A stretch of 64,000 bases of DNA from Candidatus Gottesmanbacteria bacterium. Lineage in GTDB: Bacteria; Patescibacteriota; Microgenomatia; UBA10105; UBA927. Under the pieces are notes generated by a model, which searched no databases, was not told the DNA's origin, and was given only the letters and a program-made list of their open reading frames with translations. The stretch is from assembly GCA_963701185.1 (NCBI GenBank), contig OY969569.1:34865-98864 (forward strand). The letters are read 5' to 3'. A program made the translations under genes and the position numbers. How positions within the stretch are numbered: position 1 is the first letter of the stretch; each line of letters starts with the position of its first letter. Positions 1-9,568 of this stretch are shown piece after piece.

Positions 1-13
1 GCTTAGTAATAAG

Positions 14-700
14 ATGACTGCACAAGCGGCACCGTCTGCGGAATCAGAAGCAGCCCGCCCTCCGGTCACACAGGTCGTGGAGGTTGTGGTCGAAGAAGAA
101 CAACCGCCCCCAGAAGAACCGCCGGTACGCGAGCCTGCAGATGAAGTACCCCAGGAAGATTCCGTCAGGAAATCTATGGTTGAGGAGTTGTATACTCCGG
201 AGAAAAAACAAACCGTTATGCCGGAAATTTCGGTCCATAAGAAGCCTATTACGTCATTATTCGTGTGGGCAATTGTGACGATTCTTGTTGCAATCGCGAC
301 CGGCGGGATTTTATTTGCCGCAGCAAAGAAAACGTCTCCGCTGAAGTTATTTGCACGTCCGACTCCCACCCCGACCGCCACACCCACTCCAACTCCCACC
401 CCGACACCGGTTGCGATTGACAAAACGGCGTTTGAAATAAAAGTATTAAACGGCGGCGGTACGCCCGGAGCCGCGGGAAAAATGAAAACCTTTTTGGAAG
501 AGAAGGGGTATACAGTAGCGAGTACCGGGAATACGGAAGAATATACGTTTACGACAACGGAAATTCACGGGAAAGACACGATGAAAGATGCCATTGCAAA
601 TCTTGAAACGGACCTGAAAGATACGTATACATTAGGCACCGTTGCCGCTGATCTCACTGCAAGCTCCTCCGTTGACGTTGAAGTGATCGTCGGGAAATAA
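14..700 (+). CDS. Membrane-anchored protein with a Pro/Thr linker and a C-terminal LytR_C-like domain
   Basis: One TM helix (LFVWAIVTILVAIATGGILFAAA), a PTPTPT linker, then the FEIKVLNGGGTPGAAGKMKTFLEEKGY motif typical of the LytR/CpsA/Psr C-terminal domain. Confidence 0.5.
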   Translation: MTAQAAPSAESEAARPPVTQVVEVVVEEEQPPPEEPPVREPADEVPQEDSVRKSMVEELYTPEKKQTVMPEISVHKKPITSLFVWAIVTILVAIATGGILFAAAKKTSPLKLFARPTPTPTATPTPTPTPTPVAIDKTAFEIKVLNGGGTPGAAGKMKTFLEEKGYTVASTGNTEEYTFTTTEIHGKDTMKDAIANLETDLKDTYTLGTVAADLTASSSVDVEVIVGK

Positions 701-707
701 TTTCTTC

Positions 708-1451
708 ATGAAGTATAAAGCCCTCTTTCTCGATCTTGACGGTACGACGGTCGTTCATGGTATCGAAAATCTTCCGTCTGCACACGTTACACAGGCCATT
801 AAAGCGGCGCATAGCAAAATTCATATATGTTTGGCTACCGGACGCCCCCTGTATGTCGCTCAATCAATTTTAGACCACTTGAATCTGTCCGGCCCGTGCG
901 TTTTGTCAGGCGGGACGCAAATCTACGATCCAGTGAAAAAGACGATGATCATGGAATTTGCGTTGAAAAAACGGGCTATCAACAGTATTTATGCATATTG
1001 CAGGAAGAATAAAATAGAAGTAAACATTTTTGACGGGAAAGAAGATATATCCTTTCACGGAGAGTTTAAAAAAAAGAATATATTAAGTTTTTATATTCCT
1101 AAAATCAATCCGCAGGTAGTAGATGAAATTATCAAAGATCTACAGCAGATTCCGGATGTAAATATTTTTAAAATACCTTCCTGGACCCCGGGGTTTATGA
1201 GTATTGATATCATGGCAAGTGGGGCCTCGAAACTCCACGGAATCGTTGAAGTGGCAAAAAGACTTAATATTCAAACACATGAAATGATCGGTGTGGGGGA
1301 CGGGTATAATGATTTTCCGCTCCTGATGGCCTGCGGGCTCAAAATTGCCATGGGAAATGCCGTGCCGGAGCTCAAAGCCATTGCCGATTTTGTTGCGCCG
1401 TCCGTTGAAGAAGACGGCGTAGCAACGATAATAGAAAAATTTATAGTATGA
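708..1451 (+). CDS. HAD-superfamily hydrolase, Cof-like (HAD-IIB)
   Basis: N-terminal FLDLDGTTV HAD motif I; C-terminal GDGYNDFPLL...MGNA motif typical of Cof-type phosphatases. Confidence 0.75.
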   Translation: MKYKALFLDLDGTTVVHGIENLPSAHVTQAIKAAHSKIHICLATGRPLYVAQSILDHLNLSGPCVLSGGTQIYDPVKKTMIMEFALKKRAINSIYAYCRKNKIEVNIFDGKEDISFHGEFKKKNILSFYIPKINPQVVDEIIKDLQQIPDVNIFKIPSWTPGFMSIDIMASGASKLHGIVEVAKRLNIQTHEMIGVGDGYNDFPLLMACGLKIAMGNAVPELKAIADFVAPSVEEDGVATIIEKFIV

Positions 1452-2539
1452 AATACTACATTGTTACATTTGGCTGTGCCGCCAATGAGGCGGATAGCGA
1501 AAGAATCGCTTCGTATTATCAGTCGCGGGGTTTTATACAAGCAAAATCAATTGAGGATGCCGACGATGTGGTTATTAACACGTGCATGATCAGGGAAAAA
1601 GCATCGCACCGGGTATATGGTCTTATTCATAATTTGGAAAAAACAAAACAAAAAATCATACTGACCGGTTGCATGGTCGGGATGGCGGTTCGGGAAAAAT
1701 CCGGGAAGATGATGGAACAATTGAAGAAAAAACTACCGGACGTTGACGAATTTTTACCGATTGAAGAAGTAGGATTTGAGTATGCGCCGATTCGGACGGA
1801 TTCAAAACATGCGCTGGTTCCCATCACAAACGGGTGTAATAATTTTTGTACCTACTGTGTTGTTCCCTTTACGAGAGGGAGAGAAGTAAGCCGTCCGTTT
1901 GAGGATATCGTACGGGAATGTCAAGGATTTACACGCGTGACGCTCATCGGTCAAAACGTTAATTCCTACGGATCGGACTTAAAAATAAAAAATATAAAAC
2001 CCGTATACGTCAAACACCTCGGGAGACTCCGGATTCCGACATTGTTCCCGGCACTCCTTGAAGAAGTCAGCAAAATCAAAGGATTAAAGAACATAGACTT
2101 CATTTCCAGCAATCCCTGGGATTTTTCCGATGAGCTTATTGACGTAATTGCACAGAACAATAATATTTCCCGGCACATCCATTTGCCGCTGCAGTCCGGA
2201 GATAACACGATGCTCAAACGCATGAACCGGTGGTATACGAGGGAAGAATATTTAACATTGGTTGCGAAATTACGAAAGCATATTCCCGGGGTTACGATTT
2301 CTACGGATATCATCGTAGGATTTTGTGGTGAGACAAAAACACAATTTAACAATACCGTGAGTTTAGTCCGCGATGTCGGGTTTTCAAAGGCCTATGTTGC
2401 CATGTATTCCGACAGACCAATGACCGCGGCACACAAAGCATACAAAGACAATGTTCCCTACGCGGAAAAAAAGAGGCGGTGGGCAATTCTTGAGGAGCTT
2501 ATCAATAAAACAAATTTACGAAACGGGACCTATGCATAA
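1448..2539 (+). CDS. miaB: Radical-SAM methylthiotransferase (MiaB/RimO family), TRAM-less
   Basis: UPF0004 N-domain (IVTFGCAANEADSE); radical SAM CNNFCTYCVVP motif; ATGA start overlap with the upstream gene; ends without a TRAM domain. Confidence 0.8.
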   Translation: MKYYIVTFGCAANEADSERIASYYQSRGFIQAKSIEDADDVVINTCMIREKASHRVYGLIHNLEKTKQKIILTGCMVGMAVREKSGKMMEQLKKKLPDVDEFLPIEEVGFEYAPIRTDSKHALVPITNGCNNFCTYCVVPFTRGREVSRPFEDIVRECQGFTRVTLIGQNVNSYGSDLKIKNIKPVYVKHLGRLRIPTLFPALLEEVSKIKGLKNIDFISSNPWDFSDELIDVIAQNNNISRHIHLPLQSGDNTMLKRMNRWYTREEYLTLVAKLRKHIPGVTISTDIIVGFCGETKTQFNNTVSLVRDVGFSKAYVAMYSDRPMTAAHKAYKDNVPYAEKKRRWAILEELINKTNLRNGTYA

Positions 2540-3284
2540 ACTTCTGGTAATCTGCGGACCGACGGCAACAGGGAAAACAGCGTTAGCCGCGGCACTTGCC
2601 AAAAAATTCAACGGCGAACTGATTTCCGCCGATTCCCGGCAGGTGTATCGGGGTAATGATCTGGAAACTAATAAAGAGAGGCCGGATGTTCCCATCTGGT
2701 TATATGACGTCGTAGACCCGGGAGAAGAATTCAGCGTAGCACATTGGTTGAAGTTAGCCCGGGTTGCTATTGGTGATATCCTCAGACGCGGAGAGTTACC
2801 GATAGTTGTGGGTGGCAGCGGGTTGTATATTCATGCATTAATACATCCGTTTGAAACCGTGGATATACCTCCGGATGAAAATTTCCGTAAACGGAACTTA
2901 ACACTTCAGGAATTACAGCATATGACACTGCGGGGAAGTATGAATGATTCTGATTGGAATAATCCTCGCCGGCTGATTCGAAAAATAGAAATAGCAAAAT
3001 CAACAGTAAAAAAGAATATTCCTCAGCCGTATGATGTTCTGATTATCGGATTAATGGCTCCGCTTCCGGTTTTGTACAAGCGAATTGACGATCATGTACA
3101 GGAGCGCATTCGTGCAGGCATGAACAAAGAGAACGTTATAAACGAACATGCGATAGCCAGGAAGCAACTAACATGGTTTAAGAAACAGAAAGAGATTCAC
3201 TGGTTTGATGTGACGGATACGGCATTTCCGGATAACGTGACTGCGCTCGTGGGAGCATGGTATACTACTGGTAGTTATGTTTAG
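2532..3284 (+). CDS. miaA: tRNA dimethylallyltransferase
   Basis: P-loop GPTATGKTALAAALA, ISADSRQVYRG and the following MiaA-like body; internal ATG at 2532 chosen over ORF start 2451, which would overlap miaB. Confidence 0.85.
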   Translation: MHKLLVICGPTATGKTALAAALAKKFNGELISADSRQVYRGNDLETNKERPDVPIWLYDVVDPGEEFSVAHWLKLARVAIGDILRRGELPIVVGGSGLYIHALIHPFETVDIPPDENFRKRNLTLQELQHMTLRGSMNDSDWNNPRRLIRKIEIAKSTVKKNIPQPYDVLIIGLMAPLPVLYKRIDDHVQERIRAGMNKENVINEHAIARKQLTWFKKQKEIHWFDVTDTAFPDNVTALVGAWYTTGSYV

Positions 3285-4251
3285 GAAGCTTGAGATTTCC
3301 CTCCAAACCGTGCTTCTCACACTCGCGATTCTGGCCGGCACGTGGCTGGTTATAGAGATTCGGGATATCATCTACCTTGTATTTATTTCGTTTCTCCTGA
3401 TGACCGCGATTCATCCGATTGTTCTTAGTCTTGAAAAACTTCGGCTGCCTCGGGCGGTAAGCATTATTCTTGTGTATGTCGTGATATTAGGATTCTTAGG
3501 TGTCTCTATAGCAGGTTCGATTCCGGCGATTGTCGTTCAATCGACGAAGCTTGCGCAATTATTACCGGATCTTATCGTTCGGCTATTGCCGTATTGGAAT
3601 ATCGATTTAACGACCATATCAAAACAAATTGCACCGCTGGGTGAAAACGTGGTCAAAGTCACCGTCGGGATATTTACAAATATTGTCACGACATTAACGG
3701 TACTTATCTTTACGTTTTACTTTTTGCTCGAACGGCGGCACGCAGAAGTAATCCTTACTGATCTTTTCGGCAACTCAATAGGCAAACAAATAACAGACAT
3801 ACTTCGTCGTATAGAATATCGGCTTGGGGCATGGGTACGCGGCGAATTACTCCTTATGTCATTCGTCGGTATTATGACCTATATTGGCCTCGTGCTTCTT
3901 AAAGTAGAATTTGCATTACCGCTTGCGATTCTTGCTGCGCTTCTCGAGATTATCCCGATGATCGGGCCGATTATATCAGGAATTCCGGCAGTACTCGTGG
4001 GCTTGGGGACGTCCCCGATTTTAGCGTTGAGCGTCGCGGCGCTCTATTTTGTGACCCAGCAGTTTGAAAATAATGTTTTTGTTCCGTTGGTCATGAAAAA
4101 AAGCGTAGGTCTTTCTCCGTTAGTTTCCATACTTGCCCTTATGATCGGAGGTAAACTTGCGGGTATTATCGGGGCGGCGTTGGCTGTGCCGGTACTGTTG
4201 GTCTGTCAGGTGTTGATACGATATTTTACAAAAAATCCCTCTTCTACATAA
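3277..4251 (+). CDS. AI-2E family transporter (UPF0118/PerM-like membrane protein)
   Basis: Multi-TM protein with the conserved LLEIIPMIGPIISGIPAVLVGL motif of the AI-2E family. Confidence 0.75.
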   Translation: MFRKLEISLQTVLLTLAILAGTWLVIEIRDIIYLVFISFLLMTAIHPIVLSLEKLRLPRAVSIILVYVVILGFLGVSIAGSIPAIVVQSTKLAQLLPDLIVRLLPYWNIDLTTISKQIAPLGENVVKVTVGIFTNIVTTLTVLIFTFYFLLERRHAEVILTDLFGNSIGKQITDILRRIEYRLGAWVRGELLLMSFVGIMTYIGLVLLKVEFALPLAILAALLEIIPMIGPIISGIPAVLVGLGTSPILALSVAALYFVTQQFENNVFVPLVMKKSVGLSPLVSILALMIGGKLAGIIGAALAVPVLLVCQVLIRYFTKNPSST

Positions 4252-4257
4252 GAGGGA
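4236..4257. terminator. Bidirectional Rho-independent terminator (ends rnpB on the minus strand, overlaps the stop of the AI-2E gene)
   Basis: Stem TCCCTCTT / AAGAGGGA with a 6-nt loop; six T on the minus strand (A run 4230-4235 on plus) and a T-rich tail on plus. Confidence 0.6.
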
Positions 4258-4261
4258 TCCT

Positions 4262-4603
4262 TTGTGTACCCGGGAATCTCATAAGCCAGGTTCTGTTTCA
4301 AAATCCTCATTTCTCTAATGCCCGCACACTTCGGTCCTTTGGAATGTGTCATCAAGCGGACCTGTCGTCGGTTACAGCGGGTGGGATTGTCACGTTTCAC
4401 CCATCTCCCATAGCCGTCAGGCTACAGGGAAATGATCGTCTCTGCGACTCTCTCATCCTGTCAGTTCAGGAATCGTTCCCAGCATCTTTCGATGTCAGGA
4501 CACCAGCGGTTGCCCGTCTCCGTTTACGCGGAGTCCCCTCACATTCTGCTGTCTGGACTTTCCTCTCCGATTGGATCGGAGCGAGAATTCGGATTCCAAG
4601 GTA
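4262..4603 (-). ncRNA. rnpB: RNase P RNA, bacterial type A (ends approximate)
   Basis: Minus-strand reading contains GAGGAAAGUCCAGAC (P4 5' strand), GGGUGAAACGUGAC...CCCACC and ACAGAACCUGGCUUAUGAG, matching the universal RNase P RNA conserved regions; no credible ORF in the region; flanked by a promoter and a terminator. Confidence 0.85.
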
Positions 4604-4610
4604 CATATAT

Positions 4611-4619
4611 ATTATACCA
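4611..4619 (-). promoter_or_regulatory. Extended -10 promoter (TGgTATAAT) for rnpB
   Basis: Minus strand reads tttttgTGgTATAATatatatgtacc a few nt upstream of the predicted rnpB 5' end. Confidence 0.5.
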
Positions 4620-4621
4620 CA

Positions 4622-4647
4622 AAAACCCCGCCATGCGACGGGGTTTT
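4622..4647 (-). terminator. Rho-independent terminator after the small zinc-ribbon gene
   Basis: AAAACCCCG-ccatgcga-CGGGGTTTT hairpin; T run follows on the minus strand. Confidence 0.65.
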
Positions 4648-4676
4648 GTTTAGACAGAAATTTCTTTCCAAAAAAT

Positions 4677-4820
4677 TTACGCTGCACCGATTTTATACAT
4701 TCCGGTACCGCAGACTGGACATTTCCCTTTCATTGCGGGTTTGCCATTTTTCATGGTCACTTTAACAGCCTTAGGATCGTCGCGCTTTGCGCGGCATTTT
4801 ACACAGTACATGCTTGCCAT
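4677..4820 (-). CDS. Small zinc-ribbon protein (47 aa, DUF5679-like), absent from the ORF track
   Basis: Translation MASMYCVKCRAKRDDPKAVKVTMKNGKPAMKGKCPVCGTGMYKIGAA has two CxxC pairs; GGAGG Shine-Dalgarno 12 nt upstream; terminator downstream. Confidence 0.65.
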   Translation of the reverse strand: MASMYCVKCRAKRDDPKAVKVTMKNGKPAMKGKCPVCGTGMYKIGAA

Positions 4821-4871
4821 ATTCTTGTTTCACCTCCTTTCACCCCACGAAGCTTTACGCGAAGTGGGGCT

Positions 4872-5117
4872 TCATCGTTTTAACAAATAGATAATTATCT
4901 CGGTCATTATTGCCAAGCCTGAGAGAATAAATGTTTTGGATAAATCCCGTTTGATTGCGGTGATTTCTGATGATTGCTGCGGAATGGAGGTTTGAACAGG
5001 AGATACGGATTCTTTTTTCAGTTGGAAACGGAATGTAGGGGAGGTGACAGACTGCTCTGTGTGCACTCTTCTGCGGAGGTCTGCGAGGATTTTTTCTTTT
5101 TTTGATTTTTTAGGCAT
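4872..5117 (-). CDS. Hypothetical small basic protein
   Basis: 81-aa ORF (MPKKSKKEKILADLRRR...) in tandem with the zinc-ribbon gene; no recognisable domain. Confidence 0.3.
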   Translation of the reverse strand: MPKKSKKEKILADLRRRVHTEQSVTSPTFRFQLKKESVSPVQTSIPQQSSEITAIKRDLSKTFILSGLAIMTEIIIYLLKR

Positions 5118-5221
5118 ACCTAGCCTCGTGCGGAGAGCGTAGCACGATCACTGTAGCCTTGTCAACCCGCGGCAAGCTTATTGACATAAAAGCAATAAGA
5201 ATCGTAGTATAATGAATACCG

Positions 5222-5710
5222 ATGGTGTTCACTCCGGATACAGTTTCGTGGATTATTTTTTTTGTCGCCATAGCGTGGGGGGTAGGACTGTCGGTTGTGG
5301 TACTGCGTATGGTGCGGCATTACAATACGCTCACCGGGGCAACCGGTAAAACAGGGTTAAAGGATGTTCTTGAGGAGATATTGCAGACGCAGAAAGGTTT
5401 GCAAAGTCAAACAAAAGATTTATATAAAGCACTGGACGATGTCCGAAAAGACGGACGGCTCCACATCCAGCGCGTCGGAATGGTCCGATTTAATCCGTTT
5501 TCCGACACGGGCGGAAGCCAGAGTTTTACTCTCTGTCTTTTGGACGGACACGATAACGGGTTAGTGATGACTTCACTCTATGCCAGGACGGGTCATCGGT
5601 GGTATATTAAAGAGGTGAGATCAGGAAAAGGCAAAGAGCTCGTTCTGTCGAAAGAAGAACAGACAGCAGTACAAAAAGCAAAACCGTTTGAAGGAATGAT
5701 ACATGAATAA
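5222..5710 (+). CDS. Membrane-anchored protein, DUF4446-like
   Basis: N-terminal TM, then RFNPFSDTGGSQSF..LLDGHDNGLVMTSLYAR; resembles the DUF4446 family; TATAAT at about 5204-5209 upstream. Confidence 0.4.
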   Translation: MVFTPDTVSWIIFFVAIAWGVGLSVVVLRMVRHYNTLTGATGKTGLKDVLEEILQTQKGLQSQTKDLYKALDDVRKDGRLHIQRVGMVRFNPFSDTGGSQSFTLCLLDGHDNGLVMTSLYARTGHRWYIKEVRSGKGKELVLSKEEQTAVQKAKPFEGMIHE

Positions 5711-6878
5711 ACAGCAATTTTTGGTTACCGGCCTTATCGGGCTCGCAATCTATTTGATAGCGAGCGGGCTATCGTATGGCGCGTTTACATATATCGGGAA
5801 AACGTCAGGCGGCACTTCGGTTTCTCCGACGGCGACGACAGGAAGCTCCCAACAACATTTTATTATAGACCCTTCCATCCCGCGGACCCAAGCATGTCCA
5901 TTAAACGGTAAGCTCTATACGAAACAGGAAGAGGCTGTTTGGCAAAAGAGACGACCGCTGGCTGTCATGATTGAAAACCATGCAGAATCGCGGCCGCAAT
6001 CGGGATTGTCACTTGCCGATGTCGTGTATGAGGCAGTAGCGGAGGGTGGCATTACGCGGTTTATGGGCGTATTTTATTGCGGTATTGCAGCCGGGTCGGT
6101 TAATGTAGCGCCGGTGCGAAGCGCCCGAACATACTTTTTACCCTGGGTTTTGGAATATGACGCATTATATAATCACGTCGGCGGAGCCGGGGTGTGCAGT
6201 GACCCGACCGTGGATGAGCGCGCCAAAGCTCTGTGTCAGATCGACCAGTACAATATTAAGGATATGGATCAGTTCGGCATTTCGTTCCCGACATGCTACC
6301 GGAACCCCGACCGGCTTGATCATCCGGTAGCGACAGAACACACCATGGTGTGTGTGACGGATAAACTGGAAGCACTTGCCGCTACCCGCGGCTGGACCAA
6401 TGTTGACGCAAGCGGCGTTGCCTGGGATAAGAATTTCGTTTCATGGAAGTTTAAAGACGATGCACCGGCAGGAGACCGTGGCGCGTCATTCAGCGCAACG
6501 TTCACCGCCTGGAAGGGATATGCGGATTATACCGTGAAGTGGGTCTATGATCCGGCAGGGAACAGTTACAAACGGTTTACCGGCGGCGCACCGCACATGG
6601 ATTTGGAAACAAAAGAGCAGTTGACGGCAAAAGATATTGTTGTTTTATTTGCAGTAGAAACCGGGCCGGTTGACGATCATTTGCATCTGTTATACGGCAA
6701 TACCGGAAGCGGGACAGGCATGCTCTATCAGGACGGGAAAACGATTAAAATTACCTGGCAGAAGAACACCCGCACATCCCGGACGAAATTTTTTGACACA
6801 AACGGAAAGGAAATAAGCTTTAATCGCGGCCAAATCTGGATAGAAATGCTGCCGACTGGCACGCCGATAACATATTGA
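5703..6878 (+). CDS. DUF3048 (YerB-like) lipoprotein/secreted protein
   Basis: N-terminal TM or signal, then RPLAVMIENHAESRPQSGLSLADVVYEAVAEGGITRFMGVF typical of the DUF3048 N-domain plus a C-domain. Confidence 0.55.
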   Translation: MNKQQFLVTGLIGLAIYLIASGLSYGAFTYIGKTSGGTSVSPTATTGSSQQHFIIDPSIPRTQACPLNGKLYTKQEEAVWQKRRPLAVMIENHAESRPQSGLSLADVVYEAVAEGGITRFMGVFYCGIAAGSVNVAPVRSARTYFLPWVLEYDALYNHVGGAGVCSDPTVDERAKALCQIDQYNIKDMDQFGISFPTCYRNPDRLDHPVATEHTMVCVTDKLEALAATRGWTNVDASGVAWDKNFVSWKFKDDAPAGDRGASFSATFTAWKGYADYTVKWVYDPAGNSYKRFTGGAPHMDLETKEQLTAKDIVVLFAVETGPVDDHLHLLYGNTGSGTGMLYQDGKTIKITWQKNTRTSRTKFFDTNGKEISFNRGQIWIEMLPTGTPITY

Positions 6879-6910
6879 AGTTCTGCCTTTCTGCCCCATG
6901 AAGGAGTGGT

Positions 6911-7492
6911 ATGATTTTAGAAGATATTATTATTTCCAGAGTTAGGGTAAAAATTCTCACGTTATTTTTTACCCACCCCGGTACAATTTTTCATGTCCGT
7001 GATATGGTCCGGAAAGTCGGCGAGGAGATCAATGCGGTACGCCGCGAACTTTCTCACATGGAGAAAGCCGGCATGGTTACGAAGGAACAGCGGGCAAACC
7101 GGTTGTTTTATTCCTTCCGCAAGGATTATCCGTTGTATTATGATCTCCTGGAACTCGTCGCAAAGACGTCGGGGCTCGGCTGGGATCTTATCAAACAGCG
7201 CGCCAAACTGGGGCGTATCAAGTTTGCCATGCTTTCGGGACGGTATCTGCGGGGTTTGCCTAAAAAATCATCAACGGATGTGGATCTCTTAGTTGTGGGC
7301 AGCGTGGTATTGCCGGAACTTTCCCAGATGGTAAAAGCGGAAGAGGTCCGTCGGGAGCGGGAAATCAATTACACCGTGATGACGGAAGAAGAATTCGTAT
7401 TCCGTAAGCGCCGCCGCGATCCGTTTGCCCTGTCAATTTTAGAAGGATCACGTAGTATGATCATAGGAGACGAAGAAGAATTAGTAAGCTAA
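6911..7492 (+). CDS. Putative transcriptional regulator (winged HTH plus nucleotidyltransferase-like C-domain)
   Basis: N-terminal wHTH-like segment (HVRDMVRKVGEEINAVRRELSHMEKAGMV); C-terminal VDLLVVGS motif suggests a nucleotidyltransferase fold. Confidence 0.35.
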   Translation: MILEDIIISRVRVKILTLFFTHPGTIFHVRDMVRKVGEEINAVRRELSHMEKAGMVTKEQRANRLFYSFRKDYPLYYDLLELVAKTSGLGWDLIKQRAKLGRIKFAMLSGRYLRGLPKKSSTDVDLLVVGSVVLPELSQMVKAEEVRREREINYTVMTEEEFVFRKRRRDPFALSILEGSRSMIIGDEEELVS

Positions 7493-7497
7493 CTTCT

Positions 7498-8775
7498 ATG
7501 TTGAAAGATCCCCGCCGCGTATTCATAATTATTCTTTTCCTAACCCTTCTTGCGGGCTATATCGATCTGCCGGATGCATATCGCCCGGGTTTTCAGATCG
7601 GTTCCTTTAAAAAACAATTTACGACGAAGTTCGGATTGGATCTCTCGGGGGGCACGCAGCTGGTTTTGGATGCAAATATGAAAGATATCGGAGGCGCAGA
7701 CAGGGCTTCAGCACTCGAGTCCGCAAAACAAGTGATCGAGCGCAGGGTCAACTTTTTCGGCGTCACGGAGCCGGTTGTTCAGACCGCCACGAGCCAGAAT
7801 AGTTATCGTATTATTGTGGAGCTTCCCGGGATCTCGGATGTTAATCAGGCGATCTCACTTATCGGGGCTACGGCGCAATTGGAATTCCGGGAGATCGTTG
7901 ATCCGACTGCCACCCAAAGTGCAACATTGGCAACAGGTATTACCGGCAAAGACCTGAAACGTGCACAGGTTACCTTTGATACGACGAGCGGATCGCCGCA
8001 GGTTGCGATAGAATTCAACTCGGAAGGCGCGAAGAAGTTTGCAGAAGTCACGAAACGACTGGTGGGCAAACCTCTTGCCATATTTTTAGATAACGTACCG
8101 ATTACATCTCCGGTCGTCAAACAGGAAATCACGGACGGACAAGCTGTCATAAACGGCCAATTTACCCAGGATCAGGCAAAAGCGCTTGCCTTGCAGCTCA
8201 ATGCCGGAGCCCTGCCGGTTCCCGTAACGGTCGTGCAGAAAGAAACCGTGGGAGCGACACTGGGGGCGTCATCGGTTACCAAAAGCATTACCGCCGGCGT
8301 CGTGGGACTCACGATCGTTGCCCTGTTTATGGTTGCCCAATACGGCTGGTTGGGACTGTTTGCCGATATGGCTTTGGTGGTATACGGCATTCTGACGTTT
8401 GCGGTTTTCCGTTGGATCCCCATCACCCTCACGCTTCCCGGTATTGCGGGTTTCATATTGTCCATGGGCATGGCCGTTGACAGCAACATCCTTATTTTTG
8501 AACGGTTTAAGGAAGAAAAACGTGCGGGGCGTCCGTGGAAAGTTGCCATGGAGATGGGATTCGGGAAAGCATGGGACAGTATCCGCGATGCAAACTTTAC
8601 CACGCTCATCACGTGTGCGATTCTCTATAATCCCGGAAACTGGCAGTTTTTACCAAGCTCCGGCATGGTCCGGGGATTTGCCGTCACGTTATTCATCGGG
8701 GTGTTAGCAAGCCTATTTACCGGTATTGTCGTCACACGGACATTTATTCGGGTGCTCTATAAAGAACATGATTAA
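7498..8775 (+). CDS. secD: Protein translocase subunit SecD
   Basis: GLDLSGGTQLVL motif, periplasmic domain, then 6 TM with the conserved SecD C-terminus. Confidence 0.9.
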   Translation: MLKDPRRVFIIILFLTLLAGYIDLPDAYRPGFQIGSFKKQFTTKFGLDLSGGTQLVLDANMKDIGGADRASALESAKQVIERRVNFFGVTEPVVQTATSQNSYRIIVELPGISDVNQAISLIGATAQLEFREIVDPTATQSATLATGITGKDLKRAQVTFDTTSGSPQVAIEFNSEGAKKFAEVTKRLVGKPLAIFLDNVPITSPVVKQEITDGQAVINGQFTQDQAKALALQLNAGALPVPVTVVQKETVGATLGASSVTKSITAGVVGLTIVALFMVAQYGWLGLFADMALVVYGILTFAVFRWIPITLTLPGIAGFILSMGMAVDSNILIFERFKEEKRAGRPWKVAMEMGFGKAWDSIRDANFTTLITCAILYNPGNWQFLPSSGMVRGFAVTLFIGVLASLFTGIVVTRTFIRVLYKEHD

Positions 8776-9568
8776 ATTTTCTAAATACATCTGGCTCTAT
8801 ATACTTATTTCCGGACTTGTCCTTGTACCGGGTGCGTATTCGCTTATCCGCTATGGCCTGCGGCCATCTATCGATTTTACCGGCGGAACACTTATCGAAG
8901 TCAAAAGTAACGTTATTCCATCCGGTGCCAGTGTTCAGAAAACAGGGAGCGATACGTACCTTGTCCGGTTGCAGGACGAAACGGCTTCAATTTCGGGTCA
9001 AATTCTGCGGAAAGAAACCGTGGGGCCTGTGTTGGGGGCAGAGCTTTTGAATAAAACAATTACCGCCGCGCTTATTGCGATGTTTGCCATCCTTGCCTAC
9101 GTTGCCTACGCATTTAAAAATATTAAATTCGGGATATCAGCAGTTATTGCCCTTATCCATGATCTTTTAGTCGTTATCGGATTATTTTCTTTATTCGGCC
9201 ATTGGTGGGGGGTTGAGGTGGATACGCTTTTTGTCACGGCGTTTTTGACAACCATGAGTTTCTCCGTGCACGATACGATTGTGGTGTTTGACAGGATCCG
9301 GGAAATGCTTAAGCGCGGAGAACGGCTGCCGTTTAACGAGTTGTGCGATAAAGCGATGACGGAAACCATCGGCCGGTCCACCGCAAATTCATTTACGATT
9401 ATTTTTATGTTACTGGCGCTTGCGCTCTTAGGCGGGGATACCATCAGGTGGTTCGTCATCGCGCTTCTCATCGGCACCGTCTCCGGCACCTATTCCTCTC
9501 CCTTCGTGGCAACCCCCGTTTTAATTTTGTGGGACAGATGGGAGAAGAGAAGAAAGTCTGGTAAGTAA
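8768..9568 (+). CDS. secF: Protein translocase subunit SecF
   Basis: IDFTGGTLIEV motif and SecF TM core; ATG at 8768 overlaps the secD stop by 8 nt. Confidence 0.9.
   Translation: MIKFSKYIWLYILISGLVLVPGAYSLIRYGLRPSIDFTGGTLIEVKSNVIPSGASVQKTGSDTYLVRLQDETASISGQILRKETVGPVLGAELLNKTITAALIAMFAILAYVAYAFKNIKFGISAVIALIHDLLVVIGLFSLFGHWWGVEVDTLFVTAFLTTMSFSVHDTIVVFDRIREMLKRGERLPFNELCDKAMTETIGRSTANSFTIIFMLLALALLGGDTIRWFVIALLIGTVSGTYSSPFVATPVLILWDRWEKRRKSGK

Noticed and set aside
358-410. Pro/Thr-codon repeats (ccgaccccgacc...) here and at 23935-24040 as VNTR-like repeats
   Set aside because: They are in-frame PT linkers inside proteins. The periodicity is imperfect at the DNA level.
1448-2539. Suspected frameshift truncating miaB (short, no TRAM) with miaA reading on in another frame
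   Set aside because: There is no TRAM-like sequence in any frame downstream, and miaA has its own in-frame ATG at 2532. The truncation appears genuine.
4344-4883. ORF-track calls 4344-4883 (+), 4432-4653 (+), 4466-4687 (-) and 4571-4765 (+)
   Set aside because: They overlap the RNase P RNA gene, terminators and the small zinc-ribbon gene. Translations are low-complexity with no domain signal.
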